DNA of 64,000 nucleotides from Batkoa obscura (Eukaryota): NCBI GenBank assembly GCA_030770535.1, contig JASVEC010000014.1, positions 248,001 to 312,000 of the forward strand, read 5' to 3'. Shown piece by piece: positions 51,486 to 61,957 of this stretch (position 1 is its first letter; each line of letters starts with the position of its first letter). The notes under the pieces were generated by a model. It saw only the letters and a program-made list of their open reading frames with translations, ran no database searches and was not told where the DNA came from. The position numbers and the translations under genes were made by a program.

Positions 51486-52721
51486 ATGAATCATAATATT
51501 CAAGATGATGAAGAATATCTTCCATTTGATCCAGAGCGTGAAAATGAATATGATTTTCATGTAGGTGTTTCGTCAGATAGAAATCATAGATGTAGAAGAA
51601 CAATGGAGGTAAGAGCTTAATTTTGTTATATTATTATATCAACTTATTATTTATGTTAAACCATTTTCATTGTCAAATGCTTAATTAAACTAATATTATA
51701 TTAGGATGAGCATTGTTTTTTCCATGATTTTGGTGGAGTAAAAGATTCTGGATTTTTTGCAATCTATGATGGACATGCAGGAAAAGCAGCAGCTGATTTT
51801 TGTGGAGCTAACTTACATAAAGTAAAAAAAAGAGATCTATTTGTTAAGAAAATATCTAATTTTAATTTGAATATTTATTTAGAACTTTAATAAATTAATA
51901 AAAACGAATCCAGGAATTGATATAAATGAAGCTTTTAATGAAGCCTTTTTACTTACTGATGATCAATTAAATGGTTTAAATACAAACGCTGGTTGTACTG
52001 CTGTTTCTTCTTTTATAAGATGGGAACCATCAGTTAATGACCCAAATAAAAAGGTAAATTTAATATTTTCTAAATCAAACTGTTAAATTATTTAAATTAT
52101 TATTATTAGAGAGTTCTTTATACTGCAAACGCTGGCGATGCTAGAGCTGTTTTATGGTATAACTAATACTAGATTATTAATTTCTTAATAATAATAATTA
52201 AATAGTCGCGATGGAAAAGCTATTCGATTGACTTATGATCATAAAGGATCAGATATTCAAGAATCTAATCGTATTGTATCTGCTGGTGGATTTATGATGA
52301 ACAATCGTGTTAATGGTAATTCTATTATTATAATTTATTTATAAATTGTTAAAATTTAATGAATTTTAGGTGTGCTTGCCGTTACTAGAGCCCTTGGAGA
52401 TTCGTCAATGAAAGATTTTATAATTGGTAGTCCATTTACTACTCGAATTGATATTACAAAACAAGACACTTTTTTAATACTTGCATGTGATGGGGTAAGA
52501 TTTATTTTGAATTAAATTATTAATCAAAAAGATTATTTATTGACTGTATTTATTAATTCTTATTGTTTTAGTTATGGGATGTATGTTCTGACCAAGATGC
52601 AGTGAATCTTATTAGTGAAATCGAAGATCCCCAAGAAGCTAGTAAAAAGTTACTTCAATTTGCATTAAATAACTTTTCAACTGATAATCTCAGTACAATG
52701 GTAATACGACTTGATCATTAA
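51486..52721 (+). CDS. PTC1: PP2C phosphatase Ptc1 (about 7 exons)
   Basis: [78 protein letters not shown]. Confidence 0.93.
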
Positions 52722-53273
52722 ATATTGATATTATTTAATATTTAATTTTTTAATGTTTCAATTTATTTGAATCCTCAATCTACCTATTTTAAATATCAAA
52801 TTTCTACTACTTTTTTATATAAAAAAGTAGATATTATTAGATATCAAATAATTACTATCAATCCCTCCCCTCAATGAATTTAAAATAAAATTGGAATTTC
52901 CTTTAATGTTGTTATTGATTAATTTGTTATGATTTAATAGTACTATTATTATTAAAAATATAAATAAACTTGTTATACTCTATTTTTATGAAGTGCTAAT
53001 TATTGAATCTAAAGTTCCACTGAAGTTATGTAGTTATTTTATCCCTAATATTCTATTGATATCAAATCCTTTAGATTAATTATAGTAATTGAAATTTCAA
53101 ATATTATAAAAGTATTAAAATCTATCTTTTTATATATTATATCAAAAGTATAATGACTGTATAAACTTGGCATTTACTAATTGTAGTTAAAGTTTACACT
53201 TTTAGAAAAGAGTTTGATAAATTTCAATAGAATAGCATATTTATAGTTAAGATTTATTAGTGATATTATGAAT

Positions 53274-53510
53274 TTATTTTGCTTTAATAGCAGCATCAGC
53301 TTTACCATCAGCTTTAGCTTTCAATTCTTCAGCTTTCTTGAAAACGGGCTCTTTAATTTCACCAGGCGCTACTCCTTTAAATTTCCCAGAAACTAGACTA
53401 ACGACAGCTTCAGCAGCACCTTCAGCTTGAACGTCATCAGTAATACCATTTGGAGTTGGGATAGCGAAAGTAATAGCAAAGAAAGCAGTGATGAGGACTT
53501 TGAATTGCAT
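53274..53510 (-). CDS. Small secreted peptide family member C (78 aa, identical to D)
   Basis: MQFKVLITAFFAITFA-IPTPNGI...FKGVAPG..VFKKAEELKAKADGKADAAIKAK; TATAAAAA 88 nt upstream. Confidence 0.9.
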   Translation of the reverse strand: MQFKVLITAFFAITFAIPTPNGITDDVQAEGAAEAVVSLVSGKFKGVAPGEIKEPVFKKAEELKAKADGKADAAIKAK

Positions 53511-54297
53511 TATTATAATTACTATTTAGGATTATCTAAGAATAAATATGATTTAATTAAGTTTCTGATTTTAATCGAACATGCAACTTGTTTTTATATT
53601 ATTGTCAACTAGATTTACTGTTATATTTTTATTCTTTATTTACTAAATTTAGTTAATCAATAGTTATAGAAAAATGAAACTAGTTAATCAATATTAAATC
53701 AAATCTTTATTGATGTTTGTTTAATTGACTTTTATACAAAATTCCTTTAATTTAAAATACATTTATACCAGAATATACATTTTGTTAATATTAGTTATAA
53801 AACATTTAAAATATAACATTTATTAACAATCAGCTTTTATTAAGATTTTAACATAAGTATCGAATTTTTTTAGTATAGAGTTACCAAAATAAACCAATAT
53901 ATATAGCTTATGGTATTAAAATAGGATAATATTATTTTAAAATAATAACAAAATGATAATAAATTTAAATTAAACTAGCCTATTTTTGCAATTATTTATT
54001 TATTAATATTTTACTTATTTTAAATTCAATTCAGTTATCTAAATCCAAAAGTAGTTAGTCAGAATCGATTTAAAAGTTCAATTGTCAATAAAGCATGGGC
54101 TTTCGGCTATAAAGTTAAATAGCTTTAATTTATGTAACATGATACAGTTAACTCTAATAGTGAATGGAAGTTATTTGAAAATAATCAAAGCTATGGAAAC
54201 TAACTATATATAAGCTCCGTAAAATTCCTTAAGTTAATACATTAAATCATTTCAAACTACTCTAATTCTTAGATAATCCTAAATAGTAATTATAATA

Positions 54298-54534
54298 ATG
54301 CAATTCAAAGTCCTCATCACTGCTTTCTTTGCTATTACTTTCGCTATCCCAACTCCAAATGGTATTACTGATGACGTTCAAGCTGAAGGTGCTGCTGAAG
54401 CTGTCGTTAGTCTAGTTTCTGGGAAATTTAAAGGAGTAGCGCCTGGTGAAATTAAAGAGCCCGTTTTCAAGAAAGCTGAAGAATTGAAAGCTAAAGCTGA
54501 TGGTAAAGCTGATGCTGCTATTAAAGCAAAATAA
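54298..54534 (+). CDS. Small secreted peptide family member D (78 aa, identical to C)
   Basis: Same protein and DNA as C, in divergent orientation; TATATAAG about 91 nt upstream. Confidence 0.9.
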   Translation: MQFKVLITAFFAITFAIPTPNGITDDVQAEGAAEAVVSLVSGKFKGVAPGEIKEPVFKKAEELKAKADGKADAAIKAK

Positions 54535-55097
54535 ATTCATAATATCATTAATAAATCTTAACTATAAATATATTACTATTGTTCTATTTTAGATTTTAAT
54601 AATTACTTAACTTTTCAAGACTTATCTATGGAAACGTCTTTTTTATTTCATTATTTAGTCGATTTTGTACTCAATATTAGTTTAAAAGAATTATTGATTA
54701 GATATTGAAATAAACAAAGACCTTTTAAACGTTAATATATTTTATGGTCATATTACAGCACCTTTTTAATAGTTCATAGTTCATAATTCATAGTTAAGTA
54801 ACACTACCATTTTTGACATTTTGAAAATAACGTTAATGAACTATAAAGCTTCATTAAGATTTTATTCTAAGATAAGGAAATTTTTTAAATAAGTTAAATA
54901 AAACGTAGGTAAATAAAAGTAAATAACTATTATTATTTTACTATTATTCATTAACCCAATTTAATAAAATAAAAATAAAAACATAACGAGAATCTATTCA
55001 ATAAGCATATAAATACAAGTAAGGTTGCCTGGTTAAAATCATTAAATTAACTTAGTCTTATATTAATACTTAGATAAACTTCAATAATATTATAAAC

Positions 55098-55355
55098 ATG
55101 CAATCCAAAGTACTCATCATTGCTTTTTTCGCTACCATTTTTGCTATGCCAGCTACCCAAAATGTCCCAGGATCCGAAGAAGAAATTTTACTTGATAATT
55201 CTCTCACCGAAGATACCCCCAATGCCGCTGTTAAACTATTATCTGGAAATGTCAAAGGAATGACACCACATGATGTCAATAAACCTATTTTCAAGAAAGC
55301 TGAAGAAACTAAAGCTAAAGTCAATGCTAAAATTGATGCTGCTGATAGCGCCTAA
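55098..55355 (+). CDS. Small secreted peptide family member E (85 aa)
   Basis: MQSKVLIIAFFATIFA-MP...AAVKLLSGNVKGMTPH..PIFKKAEETKAK aligns with C/D; TATAAATA at 55008, 90 nt upstream. Confidence 0.88.
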   Translation: MQSKVLIIAFFATIFAMPATQNVPGSEEEILLDNSLTEDTPNAAVKLLSGNVKGMTPHDVNKPIFKKAEETKAKVNAKIDAADSA

Positions 55356-56187
55356 TTAAGATCATTGAACATTAATAAATTGTAGTAAAAAAATTCTCAT
55401 TGTTTTAAACTTTTATCCTAATAACTATTAGCTTTTATGTCGCTAAAATATTAATATTTATAATTAGTAGATATCTGATCTAACATGATCATTATTTAAG
55501 ACCTTGTAGATTAATAAAAATCAAGTTATTTAAACTTTCAATCGTAATTGGAGTTAAAAATCCATCTAAAAGTTGATAATAGTCAGCTTAGAAAACTATT
55601 TGACTTCCAAATTTAGTATTATGAAATAGCCACTATTGAGATAATCAATATATAAATGTACATTTTGTTTAGTTATCTGTGTTTTTTTTAATATAAAAGT
55701 TCAACAATTTGTTAATAAAACCATACAACAATTGATTAAATTGTAAGACTAAATGATATTTGTTAGTTAAATATTACTTATTTCTCAAAAGTAACTTCCT
55801 TTTACTAAACTTAAGCTTAAGTCTTATAAAATTATAAATGTAATATATAAACATCCTTTATTATTTAAGAATTTAAAAACATGGAATCTTTGTTAGCTTC
55901 AGAGTCAGTATTTTGTTCACTTTTTAAGCAGCCTAAAACTTGAAAACCTGTCATCTAAAGTTTTGACCAAAAGTTGATTTTAGTCATAAAATTGGTACCA
56001 ACTTGGATTATATAATTAAGTTTACTAGGATTATTCTACCTTAACTCTTCAGTTTCGTAGAATTAATAGTTATAATTTTTATTACATTTTTACATAGTTT
56101 ATAATTTTATTTAATATAATAGCGTCAATTTATGATTTAAATATGTATTTATTCTTGTAGTAAGCGGATTTAGAATAGCTTGTTAAA

Positions 56188-59115
56188 CTATATATTTCTT
56201 AAAAGATGCTCAACAGCACTTTCAACTTCTAAATTACATTCTTGGAGTGCTTCAAGGTTCTTGAAATCATTAGGGAAGCCCATTTCTCTTAAAGTATTAA
56301 GACCAAAGATCAATTGAACGTCTTCTGGCTTAATGTCCTCAGCAATATCTTTTTTGCTCTCATTACCATCATCGCTACTATTTCCTGAAATTGGTGGGTA
56401 GTTTTTATTGATGGTATCATCGCTATCAACTCTTATACTATTGAGCTCAGTTTCTTCAACTTCTTCAGTTGAAATTCGTTGATATTCCTTAGGTTTTGGT
56501 GGACGAATAGCAAATTCATCACTAAATGGGTTTACAGGCACTTGATATTCGTTAAATGTAGGGTAATATTCATTAGAAGTGTCTTCAAAACTTCCAGGCA
56601 TATTATTACAAAATTCACTGTTATTTATTTCATTGTTGGATATCTCATGTGAAGGGCTTGCTTCTTTTTGAAATGGATTCATAAAAGTTGGGCTATTTCC
56701 ACCATTCATTAAAGTCAATGGTAATTTGAATAATTCTTTCATTGGGAATAAATGGTTATAAACACTCTCAGTTAAATTTTGATCATCAATGCTACTTAGT
56801 CTTTGATTTTGCTCAAAATGGGAAGACTCGGTTTTGCACTCGGAATTATGATCTTCTATTTGTTCATCTTTAGTAGAGTTCTCAGTTTCTTCAACATGAG
56901 TACTGATATTATCCCCAGTATTTGGTATTTTTTTATTTTGGGTTTCGTCATTAATTAATATCTCTTTTAATACTTCATTAGCTTCATTAACAGAGCCTTT
57001 GCTCCCTACTCCTGATTCAGCAAACGTTGGTTTTGGTGGACTAGAATCGACACTATTGAACGCTTCTCCCAAATAAACTGTCTCTGTTGGGCAATTTTCT
57101 CTATTACGTTTTGTATGGCACCCATACCTTGAAGAGGTTTGATGGTATTCATGATTCTTTCTCATACATTTACCCTTATGTTTAGCTCTGAGAAATGGGG
57201 ATGGTAAACCAAATTGGCGTAAATAATTAAATCTTCCAAAGTGATCATCATTTGAGCACTCTTGGTTATTGTTAGCATTAGAACTACATCCTCCTTTGGC
57301 TGATTCAGCACTGGAATTATTGTTGTTGCTTGAATTGGCTCCATCATCACTTAAATTGGATTTCATCCAATTCTTAGAATCAACATTGGTTTTGATGAAT
57401 GGGACTAAATCCTGCTCAATAAATTCGGCCATAGATGAGCCGAGGTGGACAAACAAGGTTTTCATGTTGCGAAGTACTTCATTTGCAGCTTGTTCGGCTG
57501 AAGTTGGCGGTTCCTTACTTCTATCTCCATTGGCAATTCTGCTTATAGCTTGCTCAAAAAGATCAAGATCAATTTGTACTCCATTAAAAATTTGATCAGA
57601 AAACAACTCAATGATTAGCAAAGAGGCTGGGATATTTTGAAGTTTTTTATCAGCTTCATGACACACACTTCTTAATCTTTGAACTTTAAAAGTTATTGGA
57701 TCTATATTAGCTGTACTTGCATTTATATCATTAATATTCATATTCTGATTTTCAGCTTCAATTTGATCAGTGATTTCACAATCTATGGGCAACTCAGCTT
57801 CTGGCTCTTTGGGTGTGGAGGATTTTAAACTTTTGGTATCAATATCAGGGATACTTTCGACAGTTACATTATCAATATCAGGGATGTAAGTTGGCACAGG
57901 TGGAAAGGATTCATTTTCACTTTCACTTTCAATAAGTGACTTTGCTTCAATATTAGGAAAGCAATTCGATACATAACAAGCTTCTATTGGAGCAGGATTT
58001 ATAAAAGCTTGATCATGAGATTCTGGGATGGGATTATTTGATTCATTGATTGAATCTTTGTTTTCAACTTCAGCGATTTCTTCTGTAGCCTCAAAAAACT
58101 CGGGCTCTTTTGCAAGCACCTCACTGTTAGTACTGGGGGTCTTTTCCATAGTTTCTGGAAAAGTTGTTTCGAATAAAATTGTTTCCTCTTTATATGGCTT
58201 TGATTCACTATCTGATTTTTCCAGTGGAGTGTCAGATGGGTTTAAGTTACTTGAGCTATTATCTTGACCCTCTTTTATATCATCTCTAGAAGCATCTTCT
58301 ATATGAGAAACTTGTGAAATGTCAGATTGATCGATGCTTTTACTGCTATCATTGGCGCTTAAAATATCTTGACTAGTATCACTTTTAACTGATTTAGCTA
58401 CAGAATCGTCGCTGCCTTTGTCATCTGCTGGTTCAAAGCCTTCATCAATGATTTTATGTTCAGAACTTTTATCATTTCCAGGTGTACTTTGATCAACATC
58501 TTCGGATACTTGTTCATTGGATGGAGATGAATTATCAACAAGTGGGGTCATATCTTTATCTTCATTAGGATTTAATGGTGTAGGTGGATTAGTTTGGCTA
58601 TGATCATTATTAATGTATCTATTTTCTAACCCAGTATTAGTTTGATTATCAGCTTCATTGATATCATTCAATGCAGCACCAAATGCGTCCCTATGCATAC
58701 TAGGTGCAGGACTTGAGGGAGCTAACGATGAAGGAGGGATTGAGCTTAAAGTTTGTTCATTGACTTGGTTGTCTTCATTTTCAGCTTCACCAAAAGTTTT
58801 ATCTTCATTTCTAACAACCGTCCATCCTATGCCATCACCGCTTTCAGCGTTAGGAATAATTTCAAGACGTCCATTAAACTCCTCGTCTAAGAAGAAATAA
58901 AAATCATCGTCACTATCTACAATGACTGAAACACCCATACTATCTTTATAACAAGTGACTAAAGGGGGAGATATAGAAAATAAACGACAAATCTTTGCTT
59001 CAAATTCATCCCACTTCATATCATAGCGGATTTTTACTCTTCTTGCAATGCCATTATGAACCACTTTTATAGTGGTCAGTTCAGGGTATACTGAAGAATT
59101 ATTTTCAACATTCAT
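56188..59115 (-). CDS. PB1...UBA protein (p62/NBR1-like selective autophagy receptor candidate), intronless
   Basis: N-terminal PB1 (TIKVVH..RR..YKDSMG..VDSDDDF), C-terminal UBA (LREMGFPND..NLEAL..VESAVEHLL), long acidic disordered middle. Confidence 0.8.
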   Translation of the reverse strand: MNVENNSSVYPELTTIKVVHNGIARRVKIRYDMKWDEFEAKICRLFSISPPLVTCYKDSMGVSVIVDSDDDFYFFLDEEFNGRLEIIPNAESGDGIGWTVVRNEDKTFGEAENEDNQVNEQTLSSIPPSSLAPSSPAPSMHRDAFGAALNDINEADNQTNTGLENRYINNDHSQTNPPTPLNPNEDKDMTPLVDNSSPSNEQVSEDVDQSTPGNDKSSEHKIIDEGFEPADDKGSDDSVAKSVKSDTSQDILSANDSSKSIDQSDISQVSHIEDASRDDIKEGQDNSSSNLNPSDTPLEKSDSESKPYKEETILFETTFPETMEKTPSTNSEVLAKEPEFFEATEEIAEVENKDSINESNNPIPESHDQAFINPAPIEACYVSNCFPNIEAKSLIESESENESFPPVPTYIPDIDNVTVESIPDIDTKSLKSSTPKEPEAELPIDCEITDQIEAENQNMNINDINASTANIDPITFKVQRLRSVCHEADKKLQNIPASLLIIELFSDQIFNGVQIDLDLFEQAISRIANGDRSKEPPTSAEQAANEVLRNMKTLFVHLGSSMAEFIEQDLVPFIKTNVDSKNWMKSNLSDDGANSSNNNNSSAESAKGGCSSNANNNQECSNDDHFGRFNYLRQFGLPSPFLRAKHKGKCMRKNHEYHQTSSRYGCHTKRNRENCPTETVYLGEAFNSVDSSPPKPTFAESGVGSKGSVNEANEVLKEILINDETQNKKIPNTGDNISTHVEETENSTKDEQIEDHNSECKTESSHFEQNQRLSSIDDQNLTESVYNHLFPMKELFKLPLTLMNGGNSPTFMNPFQKEASPSHEISNNEINNSEFCNNMPGSFEDTSNEYYPTFNEYQVPVNPFSDEFAIRPPKPKEYQRISTEEVEETELNSIRVDSDDTINKNYPPISGNSSDDGNESKKDIAEDIKPEDVQLIFGLNTLREMGFPNDFKNLEALQECNLEVESAVEHLLRNI

Positions 59116-60714
59116 TTTGAAATCAAAAATAAATTCTTAGTTATTCACTTTATACTTTTGTGATCCAAACTTGAAAATTGTTTGGTTTGCTAAGTTTGTA
59201 TGTAAAATAAAATGTTTGTCAGTTTAAACCAATTAAACTTTATTTATTGTAGCTTCCAAATCATTAAATCATCTTATTTGCTCCATTTTCTTGATAAAAA
59301 AACTTTCTGAAACATCTTTCATTATGTCATTTAATTCGCTGCCAAGGTAGGTTTGAGTGCCAAGCATATACAAAAGGCAGTCACATTTATTATTTTTCCT
59401 CTTTTAAATAAAATCGCAGCCATGGAATTAAAAAATTGCAATATAAAAAGAGAGAAAATTAAATGATCAGTCAGTAATTTAAAAATGTAAGCTTTTTTTT
59501 TCACTTCATACAAGTTAAAAAACTATTGGTTATAACATTAAATAATTTGATAATAAATTTTTTGGAGTAAGGTTCTCCTTTGAGGGTCTAATCTAATTCA
59601 CGCAGCAAAATTTGCAATCTAGAATGTGTGGAAATATTTTTTAATATGGACAAAATATATTCAATTTTTAAAAAGAAATAATTTCGTGATAAGATATAAA
59701 TCAGAGTGATAAAACAAAAAGTTCTTTTCAGCCTTAACCCAACTTTGATATTATCACTAAAGTTGGATTTTAAAAAGTCACAGATTTTAAATTTAAAAAT
59801 GGGGCATAGTTTATTTCACTCATATTACAACTGTTTCAACTCGATTGTAACCTAACTAATTATTCATTTAAGAGCTTTTTTGCTAGGATCTAAAGGCTGT
59901 TAGAAAAAATCAAACAACCAGCTCTGGTACAGATTGACTCAGTCGTTAAGTACCCAATCGTTGGTCATTTTAGCTAAGGATCAAGGGTCCGACTTTTTAG
60001 GTGGGCTTTGTTCTAAAAAACGTAACAAACAGAACTTCAGATTTAATTATATAATTTATAAAAATTAACACACCTTTGGGATCTATAGTTTAACGTATCA
60101 TCTTGATACTATCGGACCTTCCACATCTTATTATAAAGCAAAAATAATTATAAGCCAAAAAACCGAATTTTAAAAAAATAACTAGTTCTAAGTTACTGCA
60201 AATTGGGTTGCAATAGAGCTATAGCAGCTATAAAGGATACAGACACATTTTAAATTGTATATATCGCTGCGTGATTAGGATAGCTCTCAAAGGGGGATTT
60301 TATTATTTTTAGTCACATTTATCGTATTAAATCTTCTAAACTCATAGATAGCATTTTGGTCTAGTATCGATGTTAATAAAACCTATGGTTTTAAAATCCC
60401 CTGCTGCGGGTTTTAACTGTATCAAAATAATGAAGTGAGTTACCAATTAATACAATATTTTAAAATAAGCAGTTAATGTATAATTAAAATGTGAAGTTTT
60501 TATTATCTTCATTTGATTCATCTCTAAACATTAAAATGACTTTCTTTTTTAAGTACTAAAATAAAATTTAAGTAAAAACTTTAATATGTGCACTTATTTT
60601 TATTATCAATGGGCCAATTTGGCATAACTTATTGACTTTAGTTTGATATTTAAACTAATCCTTATTGAGGGAAGCTAGATCATATTTACTAGATACCAAA
60701 ACTTTATTACAAGT

Positions 60715-61020
60715 TTAATCACAATCAACATAAGCACCATCAATATCTTTCAAAGATTCCGCTGATGCAAGCTTATGATTAAGGCTATATAGTTTAGTAA
60801 CTGGTTCGCTAACTTCTCTGACAGGTTTAGCTTTCTTAAATTCTGTATAAGTTTCTTTAGTTGGCTCAGGTACTTTGGATTTAATAAGAGGCTCTTTTGT
60901 TATATATGTAGTTCCTTCAGGCTTTTTAGTTTCCCTAGGAGTTTCCTTAGGCTTTTCAATTTCTTTCTTTTTCTCATGAATCTCTCTACAAATCGACAAC
61001 CACTCTTTTTAGTTTTCTTT
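60715..61020 (-). pseudogene. Coding-like K/E/P/T-rich fragment with no ATG (gene or transposon relic, or an orphan exon)
   Basis: 94-aa frame with protein-like composition; the listed start is TTG and an in-frame TAA lies just upstream. Confidence 0.25.
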
Positions 61021-61556
61021 ACATTGCGATCCTTCTGTTTAATCTTATATTTAGAGATTTTTTCACATCTAGTATATAAACCATTATATGCAATATGCCA
61101 GTGGCTTCACTTAACGCTTATAGAGATTACCATCAGAGACGGTTAGTAAATTGACATAACTTACTAAACCAGCAGTAAGGTGTAATAAAGAAGATTAGGA
61201 TGACTTTCATATTGATGATAATCTATATAGTTTTTATTTTTATTGAAATTTTTTTATTGCATTTATACTGTCTTATTTACTTATATTATATTATAGAACT
61301 ACTATTTAATCGAAATATGGAATTATTATTTTATTTAAATATTAAACGATATATATGCATGTTTTTTTGTTTAAGAATCCAGCTAGTAATTATTTCATTC
61401 AATAATCCTTATAAATGGACAAATGATTAAAAGCAAAAAAGACACCCCAAAGCTTTATCCTAGTGATATGTCAAGATATTAGCTTATAAATCCTAAATTT
61501 TAATACATCCTTAACTTTAGAATTACCTAAATCTTATTAGATTAGTTTACAATACA

Positions 61557-61657
61557 TAGAAGTGTATTTTTGTGTTTAAAAATTTTACTAATAATTTTTC
61601 CACTCAAATAGCACACTCAAAAGGGAAAAAGTAATCAAGCCAAAAAAACACCCCTCA
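61557..61657 (+). mobile_element. MITE-like element, copy 6
   Basis: GTGTATTTTTGTGTTTAAAAATTTTACTAATAATTTTTCCACTCAAATAGC...GGAAAAAGTAATCAAGCCAAAAAAACACCCCTCA. Confidence 0.8.
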
Positions 61658-61857
61658 TATTTAAATATATTTTTAGATCATAACCCATTTAAATGAGATT
61701 TTAAAATATCTTAATATATTTATTATTCTTTTGATAAACTCAAGTAGAGCAGCTCAATATTAATCACGTTAAAGTGAATATTATCATAATACTATTAAAC
61801 ATTTTCAATAAATAAAAAGTATCATTGAAACTGTTTCTAATAAATACTGTTAATAGA

Positions 61858-61957
61858 TGAAGATGCTTTTTTGGCCTCATCACTTTTTCTATCTTTTAAG
61901 CGCTATTTGAGTGGAAAAAGTATTAGTAAACTTATCAAACGCAAAAATACATCCTCA
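61858..61957 (-). mobile_element. MITE-like element, copy 7
   Basis: TTTTTTGGCCTCATCACTTTTTCTATCTTTTAAGCGCTATTTGAGTGGAAAAAG...AAAAATACATCCTCA; inverted relative to copy 6, 200 bp away. Confidence 0.8.

Larger units (their letters stand above)
53237..54571. repeat. Inverted repeat with 307-bp arms (53237-53543 and 54265-54571), one mismatch, 721-bp spacer
   Basis: Base-by-base comparison: the two 237-bp CDS are identical, and identity extends 33 nt upstream and 37 nt downstream. Confidence 0.93.

Noticed and set aside
24177..55355. Peptide genes as mating pheromone precursors or KEP/RiPP repeat precursors
   Set aside because: No C-terminal CaaX and no repeated cores separated by KR sites. 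Only isolated RR or KK pairs occur.
9549..58900. Many short antisense ORFs (for example 9862, 14830, 22088, 25556, 26649, 26889, 55070, 57269, 58028, 58658)
   Set aside because: They are shadows on the opposite strand of real genes and reflect codon bias.
17945..61957. Dispersed ~100-bp repeats as a CRISPR array or tRNA/SINE
   Set aside because: The DNA is eukaryotic. The repeats are scattered in both orientations with TIRs, no regular spacers and no A/B boxes or cloverleaf.
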